Positions 42,919 to 52,414 are shown, counted from the first letter of the stretch. The stretch is 64,000 nt of DNA from Nitrospirota bacterium (GCA_035623825.1 DASPSR010000030.1:1-64000); one strand, 5' to 3'. The notes: generated from the letters alone by a model not told the origin. Numbers and translations are program-made.

Positions 42919-43446
42919 ATGAGAAAAGATTGCAGCATAGTCATTCTATTGTTCTCAACAATAACGCTTTTCATCTTCGGGTGTGTATCGGAGCCGGGCG
43001 TAGAAAAGGGAAAATTCCTGGAATTGAACCGGGCTGTTGAGGACCTGAAAGCCGCTATCATGTCGGGTAATGCCTGTGATATGCCCGATACATTGCAGCA
43101 AAGACTCGCCGATGGGATAGCTGCTATAAACGGCAAGGCGGCCTCAAAGGGTGAGCGTGACCTTGTTGCTGCCTACTCGCACCTTTTAACTACGTACAAG
43201 GATGGCTTGTTGCTTTGCCAATCTCGGAATCTGTTGTCCGACTTTCAATTTGTGCCGCGAGGACGCATCTATGTTTCCCAAGAACTCGATCCGCTGGTAG
43301 AGAAATACGGCTTGTCAACCAAAAGACACCTGTACAGCCCCACTGGGCAGTATTGGAGGAGTATTGACGGGGACTCGATAAAGGTGATATGGGAAAGCGC
43401 GCAGGTCCAGATAAAGAATATAGAGAACATGATGAACTACAATTAA
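42919..43446 (+). CDS. Hypothetical lipoprotein
   Basis: RBS AGGGG, lipobox FIFGC, 175-aa ORF. Confidence 0.7.
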   Translation: MRKDCSIVILLFSTITLFIFGCVSEPGVEKGKFLELNRAVEDLKAAIMSGNACDMPDTLQQRLADGIAAINGKAASKGERDLVAAYSHLLTTYKDGLLLCQSRNLLSDFQFVPRGRIYVSQELDPLVEKYGLSTKRHLYSPTGQYWRSIDGDSIKVIWESAQVQIKNIENMMNYN

Positions 43447-43539
43447 ATGTATCGAATCAATACGCGGAGAATATGAGGAATGACACTGGTGCGGACGGTG
43501 CTTTTTACGGAGCCGACTCCGCCATGTCCTCATGTGCCG

Positions 43540-45318
43540 TCAACATATCTCCGGATCCTCTCCCTTGCCGCCCGGCATCAGGTCGCATTCATTGAAGACG
43601 CGGAGGATGCACACCCGGCACCGTTCCGGATCGAGCCGCGGAACGAGTTTGCGGATGGCTGCAGTTTTCGAACCCAGGATGTTCTCCTCTCCGATTCGCT
43701 TGATATATCCGCCGCGATGCAGCGTCTCTATCACCGCTCCCTTGAGCGAGCACAAATAGAGCTTCCTGCCTTCCAAGTGAAGCCTGTGCGCCTCGTTCGC
43801 GAGTGTCTCCGCTCCAGCAACGTCGATGAAGTTGATTCCTCCGCCCACGATAAGGATATGTGCCTGCTCCGGGCTTGTCTGAGTCGCCGCGTTCAATTCC
43901 TCAGCGAAATGGTTGACGGCGCCGAAGAATAGGGACCCGTCCACTCGCAGGATTTTGAGCTGTGGACACTCGGGCAGGTCCTTTCTCTCGACATTAATGA
44001 ACCGCTGATGATACCCTTCGTGCTCAGGAACAAGCGTGACGAACCTCGGATGGGAGGTGCGATTGAGGTACAGGAGCAGGGACAACATGACACCCACGTA
44101 GATAGCGAACTCCAGTTCCACGAGCAATGTCGCCAGGAATGTGACCGCCATTACTGCCGCTTCCTGGTTACTGGTCATGATGATGGTGCGGATGTGATGG
44201 AAATCGATCAGGTTCCAGGCCACCAGCAGGAGGATGCCTGCCATGGCCGGCATGGGAAGGTACGCCGTGAGCGGCGCAATCAGGAGCAGAACCAGGGCGA
44301 GCGCCACAGCGGCGATCACGGCGGCCATCGGCGTCTGCGCCCCCGCGTCGTAGTTTACACCCGTGCGGGTAAAGGACCCTGACGATGCATAGCTCGAGAA
44401 GAAGCTGCCGACCATGTTCGCCAGCCCTTGGCCGATGAATTCCTGGTTGCTGTCAATGCGTTGGTGGGACCGAGTGGCCACGGCGCGGGCGATGGAGACA
44501 GCCTCAGCAAGGCCGAGCATGGCCACAGCCAACGCACTAGGAGCAAGGGTCCGAATGTTCTGCGTTGAAAGGTCGGGCACCGAGAGCGGCGGCAGGTGCG
44601 CGGGCAGCGAGCCCACAAGCCGCACGCCGCGGGCCTCACCATGCAGCGCTATGCACGCAAGGCTGCCAATCACCATGGCGATCATCATTCCTGGCAACTT
44701 CGGCACATAGATTTTGAGCAAGAGTGCTGCGGCAAGGGTGACAAGGCCGATGGCGACCACGAAGGGGTTGATGTCGGAAACATGGTGTAGCAGGTCCGTC
44801 CAGACATGAATGAACGCATGCCGTTTCGATCCTGGCACACCAAGCAGGTTGTTCATCTGACTCGTACCGATCAGGATCGCCGCGCCAGCGGTGAAGGCGA
44901 CTACGACCGAGTGTGAAACGAAGTTGATCAGGGCGCCAAGTCGAGCGATCCCGAGTGCCAGCTGGAACAGCCCCGCCAGGAACGTGATGGTCAGAATCAT
45001 CTCAAGATAGGTGACGGTCCCGGCCTGGGCAAGGGGGCTTACGGTCGAAAAGAGCACTATCGAGATGGCTGTGGTCGGTCCAGAGACGAGATGGTACGAG
45101 GACCCGAAGAGCGCGGCGAAGATCGCCGGCACGATGGCCGTGTAAAGGCCGTACTCCGGAGGCAAGCCCGCAATGATGGCAAAGGCAACACCCTGCGGCA
45201 GGACTATGACCGCGCCGGTCAGGCCCGCGAAGAGGTCCCCGCGAAGCGACCGACGGTTGACTTTCGGCCACCAGGCACGGAATGGCAACGCCGCGTTTAG
45301 AAGATCGGATTTGTCCAT
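43540..45318 (-). CDS. SulP family anion permease with STAS domain
   Basis: GDLFAGLTGAVIVLPQGVAFA..GLYTAI, SGPTTA, SSGSFTR, STAS (DGSLFFG, INFIDVAG), C-terminal CxxC..EC. Confidence 0.92.
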   Translation of the reverse strand: MDKSDLLNAALPFRAWWPKVNRRSLRGDLFAGLTGAVIVLPQGVAFAIIAGLPPEYGLYTAIVPAIFAALFGSSYHLVSGPTTAISIVLFSTVSPLAQAGTVTYLEMILTITFLAGLFQLALGIARLGALINFVSHSVVVAFTAGAAILIGTSQMNNLLGVPGSKRHAFIHVWTDLLHHVSDINPFVVAIGLVTLAAALLLKIYVPKLPGMMIAMVIGSLACIALHGEARGVRLVGSLPAHLPPLSVPDLSTQNIRTLAPSALAVAMLGLAEAVSIARAVATRSHQRIDSNQEFIGQGLANMVGSFFSSYASSGSFTRTGVNYDAGAQTPMAAVIAAVALALVLLLIAPLTAYLPMPAMAGILLLVAWNLIDFHHIRTIIMTSNQEAAVMAVTFLATLLVELEFAIYVGVMLSLLLYLNRTSHPRFVTLVPEHEGYHQRFINVERKDLPECPQLKILRVDGSLFFGAVNHFAEELNAATQTSPEQAHILIVGGGINFIDVAGAETLANEAHRLHLEGRKLYLCSLKGAVIETLHRGGYIKRIGEENILGSKTAAIRKLVPRLDPERCRVCILRVFNECDLMPGGKGEDPEIC

Positions 45319-45474
45319 AGCAGTCGGTCGGATCAGTAAAGCAGGCCTCGCGGAATATGTTCATATTGTACCATACAGGTGTGAAAAGTGCAGTTATGAG
45401 TGCGCAGATCAGCTCACATGCGGGGAATCGCTTTTTTGCAATCACAGCACTTCATACCGAATTGTTCTCCTCCC

Positions 45475-45769
45475 GGAGCGAACGAGGGAAATCGGCCTAC
45501 GCCTCGCGGTAGGAGCGAAAGCACGGATAGAGGCCCAGTTCCTGAGCGAGGCCGTCATCTTGAGCCTGTTCGGCAGCATTCTGGGGATCTTCGTAGGCGT
45601 GGCCAGCTCGTTCATCGTGGGGCACGCATTTGGATGGCCTATGTCCATTCCTCTTGAAGCGCTCACCGTCGCTCCGCTGTCCGCTGTCGGTCTCGGGGTT
45701 TTCTTCGGTTTCTATCCGGCGTGGAGGGCCGCACGGCTGGATCCTATTGTCGCCCTCCGTCATGAGTGA
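45475..45769 (+). pseudogene. 3' remnant of a MacB/FtsX-type ABC permease
   Basis: ERTREIGLRLAVGA..QFLSEA..GVFFGFYPAWRAARLDPIVALRHE*. No N-terminal part is present; upstream sequence is the SulP promoter region. Confidence 0.85.
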
Positions 45770-45927
45770 CAGGAATGATCAGAACTTTTTATAGCTCGTT
45801 CCATCCCGTAATTTGTCAATATTCCATTTTGACAAAAAATCCGAATTAATCCAGAATTGTTTTGCCTATGCCAAGTCAGCATATATTCTGTTGACAGAAA
45901 TGACGGCATAGTCCTCCTGATTGACGT

Positions 45928-46335
45928 TTATTTGCTTATGTCCTCTTGATCTGCCGGCATCACCTTTTCAATGACCGTCCCGAAGACGGTCAGCGTCACC
46001 TTCGGCCGCTTGGGGTCATTACTCGTGACCTCGATTGTTTCGGTGATTACACCGGTTTGATTCAGCGTTGCAACCTTGGCGCTGATGGCACCCTCTTCTC
46101 CCTGCTTGAGATGGCTTGAACTAGCCATCACGGCCGCGCACCCTCAGGAGGTGGTAAGGCTGTTGACTACCAGTTCGTCGGTGCCCTTGTTTTTGAATAT
46201 AAAAGAATATTCCACCTCTTCGCCTCGCATGACTTGGCCAAAATCATGCTTTTCGGTCACGAATTCGATGGATGGCTGGCTCCAAGCGAGAGTTGGCTGA
46301 CATAGTACAAGAATGAGAAAGAAAATCTTATTCAT
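45928..46335 (-). CDS. DUF1573-like exported protein with in-frame TGA (candidate selenoprotein, S-U-G-C), 135 aa
   Basis: Two track ORFs lie in the same frame and are joined by TCC-TGA-GGG-TGC (TGA at 46146-46144). HDFG..F.FKNKG...L...TS[U]GC...I.VTSNDP..P...L fits DUF1573, whose usual motif is SCGC. Confidence 0.8.
46110..46129 (-). promoter_or_regulatory. Candidate bacterial SECIS hairpin
   Basis: mRNA GAUGGCU-AGUUCA-AGCCAUC: perfect 7-bp stem, GU at loop positions 2-3, 21 nt between the UGA and the loop. Confidence 0.65.
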
Positions 46336-46422
46336 GATTAGAGTATAACATAGCGCCTATTGACATAACGTTGCACAGTAATCTGATAAAATATAGATGA
46401 TTACCAGAAAGGAGACTGTGTC

Positions 46423-46857
46423 ATGATGAGAAGAGCGATAATACCGTTGGTTGCCGCATTTTTAATCATCTCTGGAAACGGTTATGCAGCCGCTGCAGGC
46501 AAGACTCCCGATCAATTAGTGAAAGAGGCCAAGGCGTCTATCAAAGAGTTTACGGTCAACGATGTCAAGAGCATGATTGACGGAAAAGAGAAGATCATCC
46601 TCCTTGATGTCAGGGACAAAAACGAGTTCGAAGAAGGGAGCATCCCCCGTGCAATAAACATCTCTCGTGGAATGCTCGAATTCAAGGTGGCCCTGGTCAT
46701 CCCCGATAAGAATGCCAAAATCATCGTATTTTGCGGTCTCGACCTCAGAGGGCCTCTGGCAACGAGATCCCTGAATGAAATGGGCTATATGAATGCCGCG
46801 AACATGATCGGCGGCCTCAGGGCATGGAAAGAGGCGGGCTATGCCATCGCGAAATAG
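46423..46857 (+). CDS. Exported single-domain rhodanese (sulfurtransferase)
   Basis: Signal peptide, LLDVR...EF..G.IP.A, active-site loop CGLDLR, GGLRAWKEAG. Confidence 0.9.
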   Translation: MMRRAIIPLVAAFLIISGNGYAAAAGKTPDQLVKEAKASIKEFTVNDVKSMIDGKEKIILLDVRDKNEFEEGSIPRAINISRGMLEFKVALVIPDKNAKIIVFCGLDLRGPLATRSLNEMGYMNAANMIGGLRAWKEAGYAIAK

Positions 46858-47006
46858 AATGTCCGATAGCGTATCCGGTCGTTCTTTGCTGGTTTTTCCG
46901 GGAGATAATCTCTCTAAAGCGCAGGCCGCACCCGGATACGCGGACCGAATGTTCCGTTTACGTACCACAACACAGCGGAGGGGAAAATGGCGGTTAGGAG
47001 GAAATC

Positions 47007-47756
47007 ATGAGGACAATTGTCCGAACATCACTGCTGTTTGCAGTTCTTATTTTATCAGCAGGTGCAATTTTTGCCGTTGAGAAGGAGGACACTCAGAAAT
47101 CGACCCCAAAGGGAAGGACGTCCGTCCTGATAGAACCGGAATTTACCATTCTTCCGGCAAAAACAGCAGTGCTGATAATGGATTATGAGAACGATATCCT
47201 TGGCATGATTTCAGATGATGAACGGACGGCTTTGGTGGAAAGAGCGAGCACGGTTCTTCAAGAAGCTCGAAAGGCCAAAATTACCATTATCTATATTGTC
47301 GTACGTTTTCGTCAAGGCTACCCTGAAGTCAATTTGCAGAATAAACTTTTCAGCAGCTTGAAAGAATCTGGACGTCTTCTCGAAGGAACGGCCGGTGCGG
47401 AGGTAGATTCGAGAATAGCTCCGCAACCGGGTGATATCGTGGTAACGAAGCGACGAGTGGGTGCTTTTGCCACGACCGATCTAGAAACGATTCTGAAGTC
47501 GAATAACATCAGCAGGCTGGTTTTATTCGGGATCTCGACGAGCGGCGTTGTTCTCTCTACGGTTCGATGGGCTGCCGACATGGACTACTCACTGGTCGTT
47601 GTCTCGGATCTTTGCGCAGACCGGGATCCGGAAGCAGGTCGTGTCTTGATGGATAAAGTCTTTCCGTGGCAGGCTACGGTTGTGAGCAGTAAGGAATTCC
47701 TGAAGGCAATCGGGGCGAAGGACGCAAAGTATTCCGAAAAACTCGGCCGAGAATGA
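47007..47756 (+). CDS. Isochorismatase/cysteine-hydrolase family protein with N-terminal signal peptide
   Basis: TAVLIMDYEND, VTKRRVGAF, GISTSGVVLSTVR..ADMDY, DLCAD. Confidence 0.85.
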   Translation: MRTIVRTSLLFAVLILSAGAIFAVEKEDTQKSTPKGRTSVLIEPEFTILPAKTAVLIMDYENDILGMISDDERTALVERASTVLQEARKAKITIIYIVVRFRQGYPEVNLQNKLFSSLKESGRLLEGTAGAEVDSRIAPQPGDIVVTKRRVGAFATTDLETILKSNNISRLVLFGISTSGVVLSTVRWAADMDYSLVVVSDLCADRDPEAGRVLMDKVFPWQATVVSSKEFLKAIGAKDAKYSEKLGRE

Positions 47757-47909
47757 CCAATATAAACGAGTCGATGCATGTTCAACTTGAATTTTGCCTC
47801 CCGCTGAAATCGGGTCATAATTTATCGATGACAGAGTAAAATGTGAAGAGGTTGAAGATTAATTTCTCCCGTATTGATAACAACTCGGGACCGTCAGCCA
47901 AAATTGATC

Positions 47910-49382
47910 ATGACAGTGAATGCTTTCAAATGCGCTTACCATAAAAACCGTGCTGCGATCTGGCTCATAGCCGCCTTTACAGGCGTGCGTCTCCTTGTCG
48001 CGCCAACATTCGGGCTTGGGACCGACGAGGCCCATTATGTTCTCTATGCGAAGTACCTGGATCTTAGTTACTTCGATCATCCCCCGCTCGTCGGCTGGAC
48101 CCATGCGCTTTTCTATTACACGTTCGGTACGAATGAATTTCTGGCGCGGTTGCCCGCGATACTTCTTTTTACGGTCACATCGTTCCTCTGCTATCGGTTC
48201 ACGCTTTTGGAAGGAGGGGAGAGGACAGCGCTTCTTGCAACCGCTGCCTTGAATAGTTCGTTTCTGCTGAGCGGCCTCGGCCTCATGTTGCTTCCAGAAT
48301 CACTGCTCTTAGCCCTTGTTTTTGCGCTCATCTATGCTGTCAGAAAGCTCGAACGCTCTCCGGACCTGTTGAACTTCGTCCTCCTGGGGTTGATCCTAGG
48401 CCTCGCCGGCCTAACCAAATATACAGCCATTCTGTTTGTCCCCGCCATTGCTTTCTACGCGGTGATAAAGCGACGGTATGACATACTTTTCAATCCGAGG
48501 CTGCTTATATCGGCGGCCGTTGCCTTCATCTTCATCACTCCCGTGATTTATTGGAACGTCCAGAATGGTCTTATAAGCATCCGTTACCAGATAGGCCATG
48601 TGCTTGGCAGCCATTCACCCAGCTTCGGGACTTTGTTGGCTTCGCTTGCCGCGCAATTCGGCGCTTATAGCCCGCCTCTGTTCTGTCTCGCTTTTTATGG
48701 TCTCTATGCGTCGTTGAAGAGCCTCGACGATCTCCTGCTGTTGCCCGTGCTGATCGGGGGATCGGTTTTACTCTTCTCTATCTATGAGTCCTTGTTCAAA
48801 TTTACGCTACCTCACTGGTCTGCGGTTTTCTATGCAATCTTTATCCCTCTCGGGGTTGTTATGATGGACAATGGTCCCGTACGTGCGAAGCGCTCCATTC
48901 TCCTCATTTCCCTCGGGTTCAGCATCACTGTCGCCCTGCTCCTCCAGGCGGAAGTTGCGGTAAAGGCCTTTAGGTTTCCCGACTACAAGTCCCCATTCAG
49001 AACTGTATACGGGCTCAAGGACGTGGTCAGGCGAGCGAACGACACCATGGCGAAAGATCCGTCTTCCGACAAAGCCCTTGCGGTTCTGAACTGGACCGAT
49101 GTCAGCAGGACCTTATACTACAATCTCCCGTTCGGCAGCAAAGTATTTCTTGTCGATAAGCATGACGAACGGTTTTCCCGGTGGATCACCGGATCCCCCA
49201 TCGGTCTAGATATCCTGTTCATCAACAATCATTTTCACGGACGTGACATCGGCAACGATATGAGGTGCCGTGAAGCACGAACCGCTGGCCGGGTTGATAT
49301 CCTTTTGAATGGCGGCAAGGTTGACACAGTTGATTTCATATGGTGCAGGTCCTTCGGCGGAGTAAAACCCGGCAGGGAATAG
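47910..49382 (+). CDS. ArnT/PMT-like (GT-C) polyprenyl-phosphate-dependent glycosyltransferase
   Basis: DEAHY..LDLSYFDHPPLVGW, GLTKYTA, P.IYWN, multiple TM helices. Confidence 0.85.
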   Translation: MTVNAFKCAYHKNRAAIWLIAAFTGVRLLVAPTFGLGTDEAHYVLYAKYLDLSYFDHPPLVGWTHALFYYTFGTNEFLARLPAILLFTVTSFLCYRFTLLEGGERTALLATAALNSSFLLSGLGLMLLPESLLLALVFALIYAVRKLERSPDLLNFVLLGLILGLAGLTKYTAILFVPAIAFYAVIKRRYDILFNPRLLISAAVAFIFITPVIYWNVQNGLISIRYQIGHVLGSHSPSFGTLLASLAAQFGAYSPPLFCLAFYGLYASLKSLDDLLLLPVLIGGSVLLFSIYESLFKFTLPHWSAVFYAIFIPLGVVMMDNGPVRAKRSILLISLGFSITVALLLQAEVAVKAFRFPDYKSPFRTVYGLKDVVRRANDTMAKDPSSDKALAVLNWTDVSRTLYYNLPFGSKVFLVDKHDERFSRWITGSPIGLDILFINNHFHGRDIGNDMRCREARTAGRVDILLNGGKVDTVDFIWCRSFGGVKPGRE

Positions 49383-50222
49383 AGACTCGGAATAGGGGGT
49401 CTGTATGAACGGCGATGCATGTTTGCCAGATAAATCGCATTATGCGCGAGATTCTGACATATTTGGGGAAGCACCCGGATGCCCAGGGAACGTTGCATGG
49501 TATTTTGCAGGACTGACTTCTTGACAATCGTGAGGGAAAACGTTTCAAAATACTTCGTCCAGACCGTATGTGTAGGCTCTAGCCATCAAGGCAGAGATTA
49601 TGCAGCTTCCCTTTTCCCCGCTCTGCTGTCTGAGCAGGACATGAAAATCATTTACGATATCGAGAAAAGCTCAGAGGTTCGTTTTAATAATTACTAGTCG
49701 GCAGGCTACATGACCATTTAGCAATCCATTTATAACGATTGACTATTGTGGACTGGAAATGGTAAAAAGAAACGACGTCTGAACCTCAAACGACTGGGAT
49801 TATTGCACGCGTTATTTCTGATTACATAATGGGAAAGGCCGTCCACACTGGCCTGCTTCTTGATAATGCCCGATAATTAAATGATTTTATGGAGACAGAT
49901 TTATCTGGGTCTTCTTTTCAAGAAACTAATCAGCAACAGCCGCGAAGCGCCGGCGAGCTACGCGTGAGTGCGCACATCCCCCATAAGCGAGCGCCCATCG
50001 CGGAAAGGGTGCTTGAAGATGACGAAATTGGATTCCCGTTGTCTGCCGATCTGGAAAAACTTACAGCACCCTTTGAACAAGCTGGTCATGGGGTGGTGGA
50101 CTTGGTTTGTATCTTTCGGATAAAGTTGTGATGGCGCACTGTGTATTCTATCGCCGGCAGGAATGGAAGTGGAGCTCAGGTCATCATGACATTTCTTATG
50201 AAACGGATAAGAACCTGATATC

Positions 50223-51569
50223 ATGAAAAAACCGACAGTAATGATCGTTGACGATGAAAAGAATTTTGCTGAGTCGCTGCAGCTGGCGATCGAGGACGCT
50301 TTTACCGTCGTTTTAGTCTCCAGTCTGAGAATGGCGCGGGATGTAATCAAGGATAGTATGCCTGACGCCATCTTGCTCGATGTTTATCTACCTGACGGCG
50401 AGGGGATTGAGGTGCTTCGTGAGCTGAAAAAAAATCCTCGAATGCCTATCGTTATCGTCATGACTGCTTTCGCAACCATTGAAAACGCCATCTTGGCGCT
50501 TAAAGAGGGCGCTGTCGACTATGTCACAAAACCCTTGGATATTGATAAGTTGAAGCGGGAACTGGGAGTCTATCTCGAAAACAGGTCGCTTCAGAAGAAA
50601 ATCAGCAATCTTGACCGCGAGATAAAGAGGATCGTCCCGCCTTTTGTCACTTCAGGGAAAGGCTCAATGAAAGCAATTGTCGAACGAGTACCGGCCGTGG
50701 CTCATCTCCCAATACCCGTTCTTATCCAAGGGGAAACGGGGACCGGTAAGGAGAAACTGGCACAGTGGATTCATGGTCTATCCGATTTGCAAGGTGAATT
50801 GGTGACGATCAGCTGCGCCGCCGTTCCCAAGGATATTTTTGAGAGCGAACTGTTCGGATACGTAAAAGGGGCGTTCTCTGGCGCCGTCGGCAACAAGGAG
50901 GGTTTGATAGAACGGGCGGAGGAAGGCACCTTATTCCTCGATGAGATCGGTGAACTGGCGGATGAAACGCAAGCGAAATTGCTTCGTGTCCTTGAATCCG
51001 GCCGGTACTTTAAACTCGGCGATGTGCGTGAACGAAACGCACGCTTCAGGCTCATTACCGCTACGCACAAGAATTTGAGCAATCCGGCGAACAGATTCCG
51101 TCAAGACCTTTATTACCGCATAACGGGAATTGTGTTGGAACTGCCCCGTTTGCGCGATCGCAAAGAGGACATTCCTCTTCTGACGAGAGCGTTCTTGAAC
51201 GAAGCCGGGTATGCATATAATAAAAGCGTCAGAGATATTTCCGATGGGGCATCGGAGATGCTCCTGAACTATGACTGGCCCGGAAATATCCGGGAACTCA
51301 AATGGTGCATTCACCGTGCCGTAGCAACAACGACAAAAGACATCTTGAACGAGGATGATCTTGTACTTGGTCCTGGATCAATGAAGAATTCATGCGTGAA
51401 TGATAACCAGGTTCTCACTGTTGCTCTTAAGGACGCGGTAGAGGAAGTGGAAAAGAAATGCATTAAAAACGCTATGACCGCTGCGAGGAACAATAAAACT
51501 GAAGCAGCCAAGATCCTGGGCATATCGGTAAGACAGCTTCATTACAAACTCAATCAGTACTCCCTATAA
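50223..51569 (+). CDS. NtrC-family sigma54-dependent response regulator
   Basis: Receiver domain, Walker A GETGTGKE, ESELFGY.KGAFSGA, LFLDEIGE, WPGNIREL, Fis-type HTH. Confidence 0.95.
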   Translation: MKKPTVMIVDDEKNFAESLQLAIEDAFTVVLVSSLRMARDVIKDSMPDAILLDVYLPDGEGIEVLRELKKNPRMPIVIVMTAFATIENAILALKEGAVDYVTKPLDIDKLKRELGVYLENRSLQKKISNLDREIKRIVPPFVTSGKGSMKAIVERVPAVAHLPIPVLIQGETGTGKEKLAQWIHGLSDLQGELVTISCAAVPKDIFESELFGYVKGAFSGAVGNKEGLIERAEEGTLFLDEIGELADETQAKLLRVLESGRYFKLGDVRERNARFRLITATHKNLSNPANRFRQDLYYRITGIVLELPRLRDRKEDIPLLTRAFLNEAGYAYNKSVRDISDGASEMLLNYDWPGNIRELKWCIHRAVATTTKDILNEDDLVLGPGSMKNSCVNDNQVLTVALKDAVEEVEKKCIKNAMTAARNNKTEAAKILGISVRQLHYKLNQYSL

Positions 51570-51763
51570 TTCACCTGGAACAAACTCGCGGCTACTGCAT
51601 ATTATCTGATGAAATCCACACACATGATTTGGTCAAATAAGCACTGAAAGTTATTTGTAATGCGATCCACACGATTCGCCCCGTCCCTGCAATCCTTGTA
51701 TACAATTTGTGCGCTTTCCCCATGATGTCTAAAATTGGCCCTTGAAAAAACAGCATTTTAGAA

Positions 51764-51779
51764 TGGCACTCTATTTGCG
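51764..51779 (+). promoter_or_regulatory. sigma54 (-24/-12) promoter
   Basis: TGGCAC-TCTAT-TTGCG, a near-consensus site directly downstream of the NtrC-type gene and upstream of the operon starting at 51856. Confidence 0.75.
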
Positions 51780-51855
51780 TATCTTAGTTAATCACGAGTG
51801 AAAGATTCATACAAATTCGATTTTGTAAATATCTCTAACTAATTTAAGTATAAGC

Positions 51856-52248
51856 GTGAAAATGGACTTCCCTGGTAAACCAACTTTAATGATCGTAGAT
51901 GACGAGCAGAATTTTACTGAATCACTTCAGCTTGCCATTGAAGATGAATTTACGATATCCGTAGTAGGGAGTCTTGAAAGCGCTCGGCAAATCCTGAAGA
52001 GATTCCAGCCCGCCGCAGTCCTTCTGGATTTGCGGTTGCCGGATGGCGACGGACTCGATTTGCTTCACGATCTCAATATGCTAACCAAGCTGCCCGTTGT
52101 TGTCGTCATGACAGCCCACATGAGCGTGGAAAGTATCGAAAGGGCGATGAGCGAAGGTGTTGTTGATTACTGCACGAAGCCTCTTAATATTGAAAAATTG
52201 AAGTTAGAACTCAAAAAAAATATACAAAGAAAAGCAGAGCAAAAATAG
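51856..52248 (+). CDS. Stand-alone receiver protein, paralog of the adjacent NtrC receiver domain
   Basis: KPTLMIVDDEQNFTESLQLAIEDEF versus KPTVMIVDDEKNFAESLQLAIEDAF. Asp, Thr and Lys are retained. Confidence 0.88.
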   Translation: MKMDFPGKPTLMIVDDEQNFTESLQLAIEDEFTISVVGSLESARQILKRFQPAAVLLDLRLPDGDGLDLLHDLNMLTKLPVVVVMTAHMSVESIERAMSEGVVDYCTKPLNIEKLKLELKKNIQRKAEQK

Positions 52249-52414
52249 ATTGCTTGGTGAGAATCAGAAAAAGTTCACTTTTCGTAAATACAATTGTGTG
52301 ATGAAAAAAATGATATATTCCCGCATCTTTCCTGTTGAATTTTTGAAAGATGAAATGTATACTGCAAAATTGCACTCTGCAGTGAACCGCGGGCAAGAAA
52401 GGAAACGATAATTA

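Noticed and set aside
45173-45474. N-terminal half of the 198-aa track ORF
   Set aside because: It overlaps SulP and its promoter in antisense. Only the 3' MacB-like part is credible, as a remnant.
49849-49864. sigma54-like TGGCCT-N5-TTGAT upstream of the NtrC gene
   Set aside because: It lacks the conserved -12 GC and is far from any credible start.
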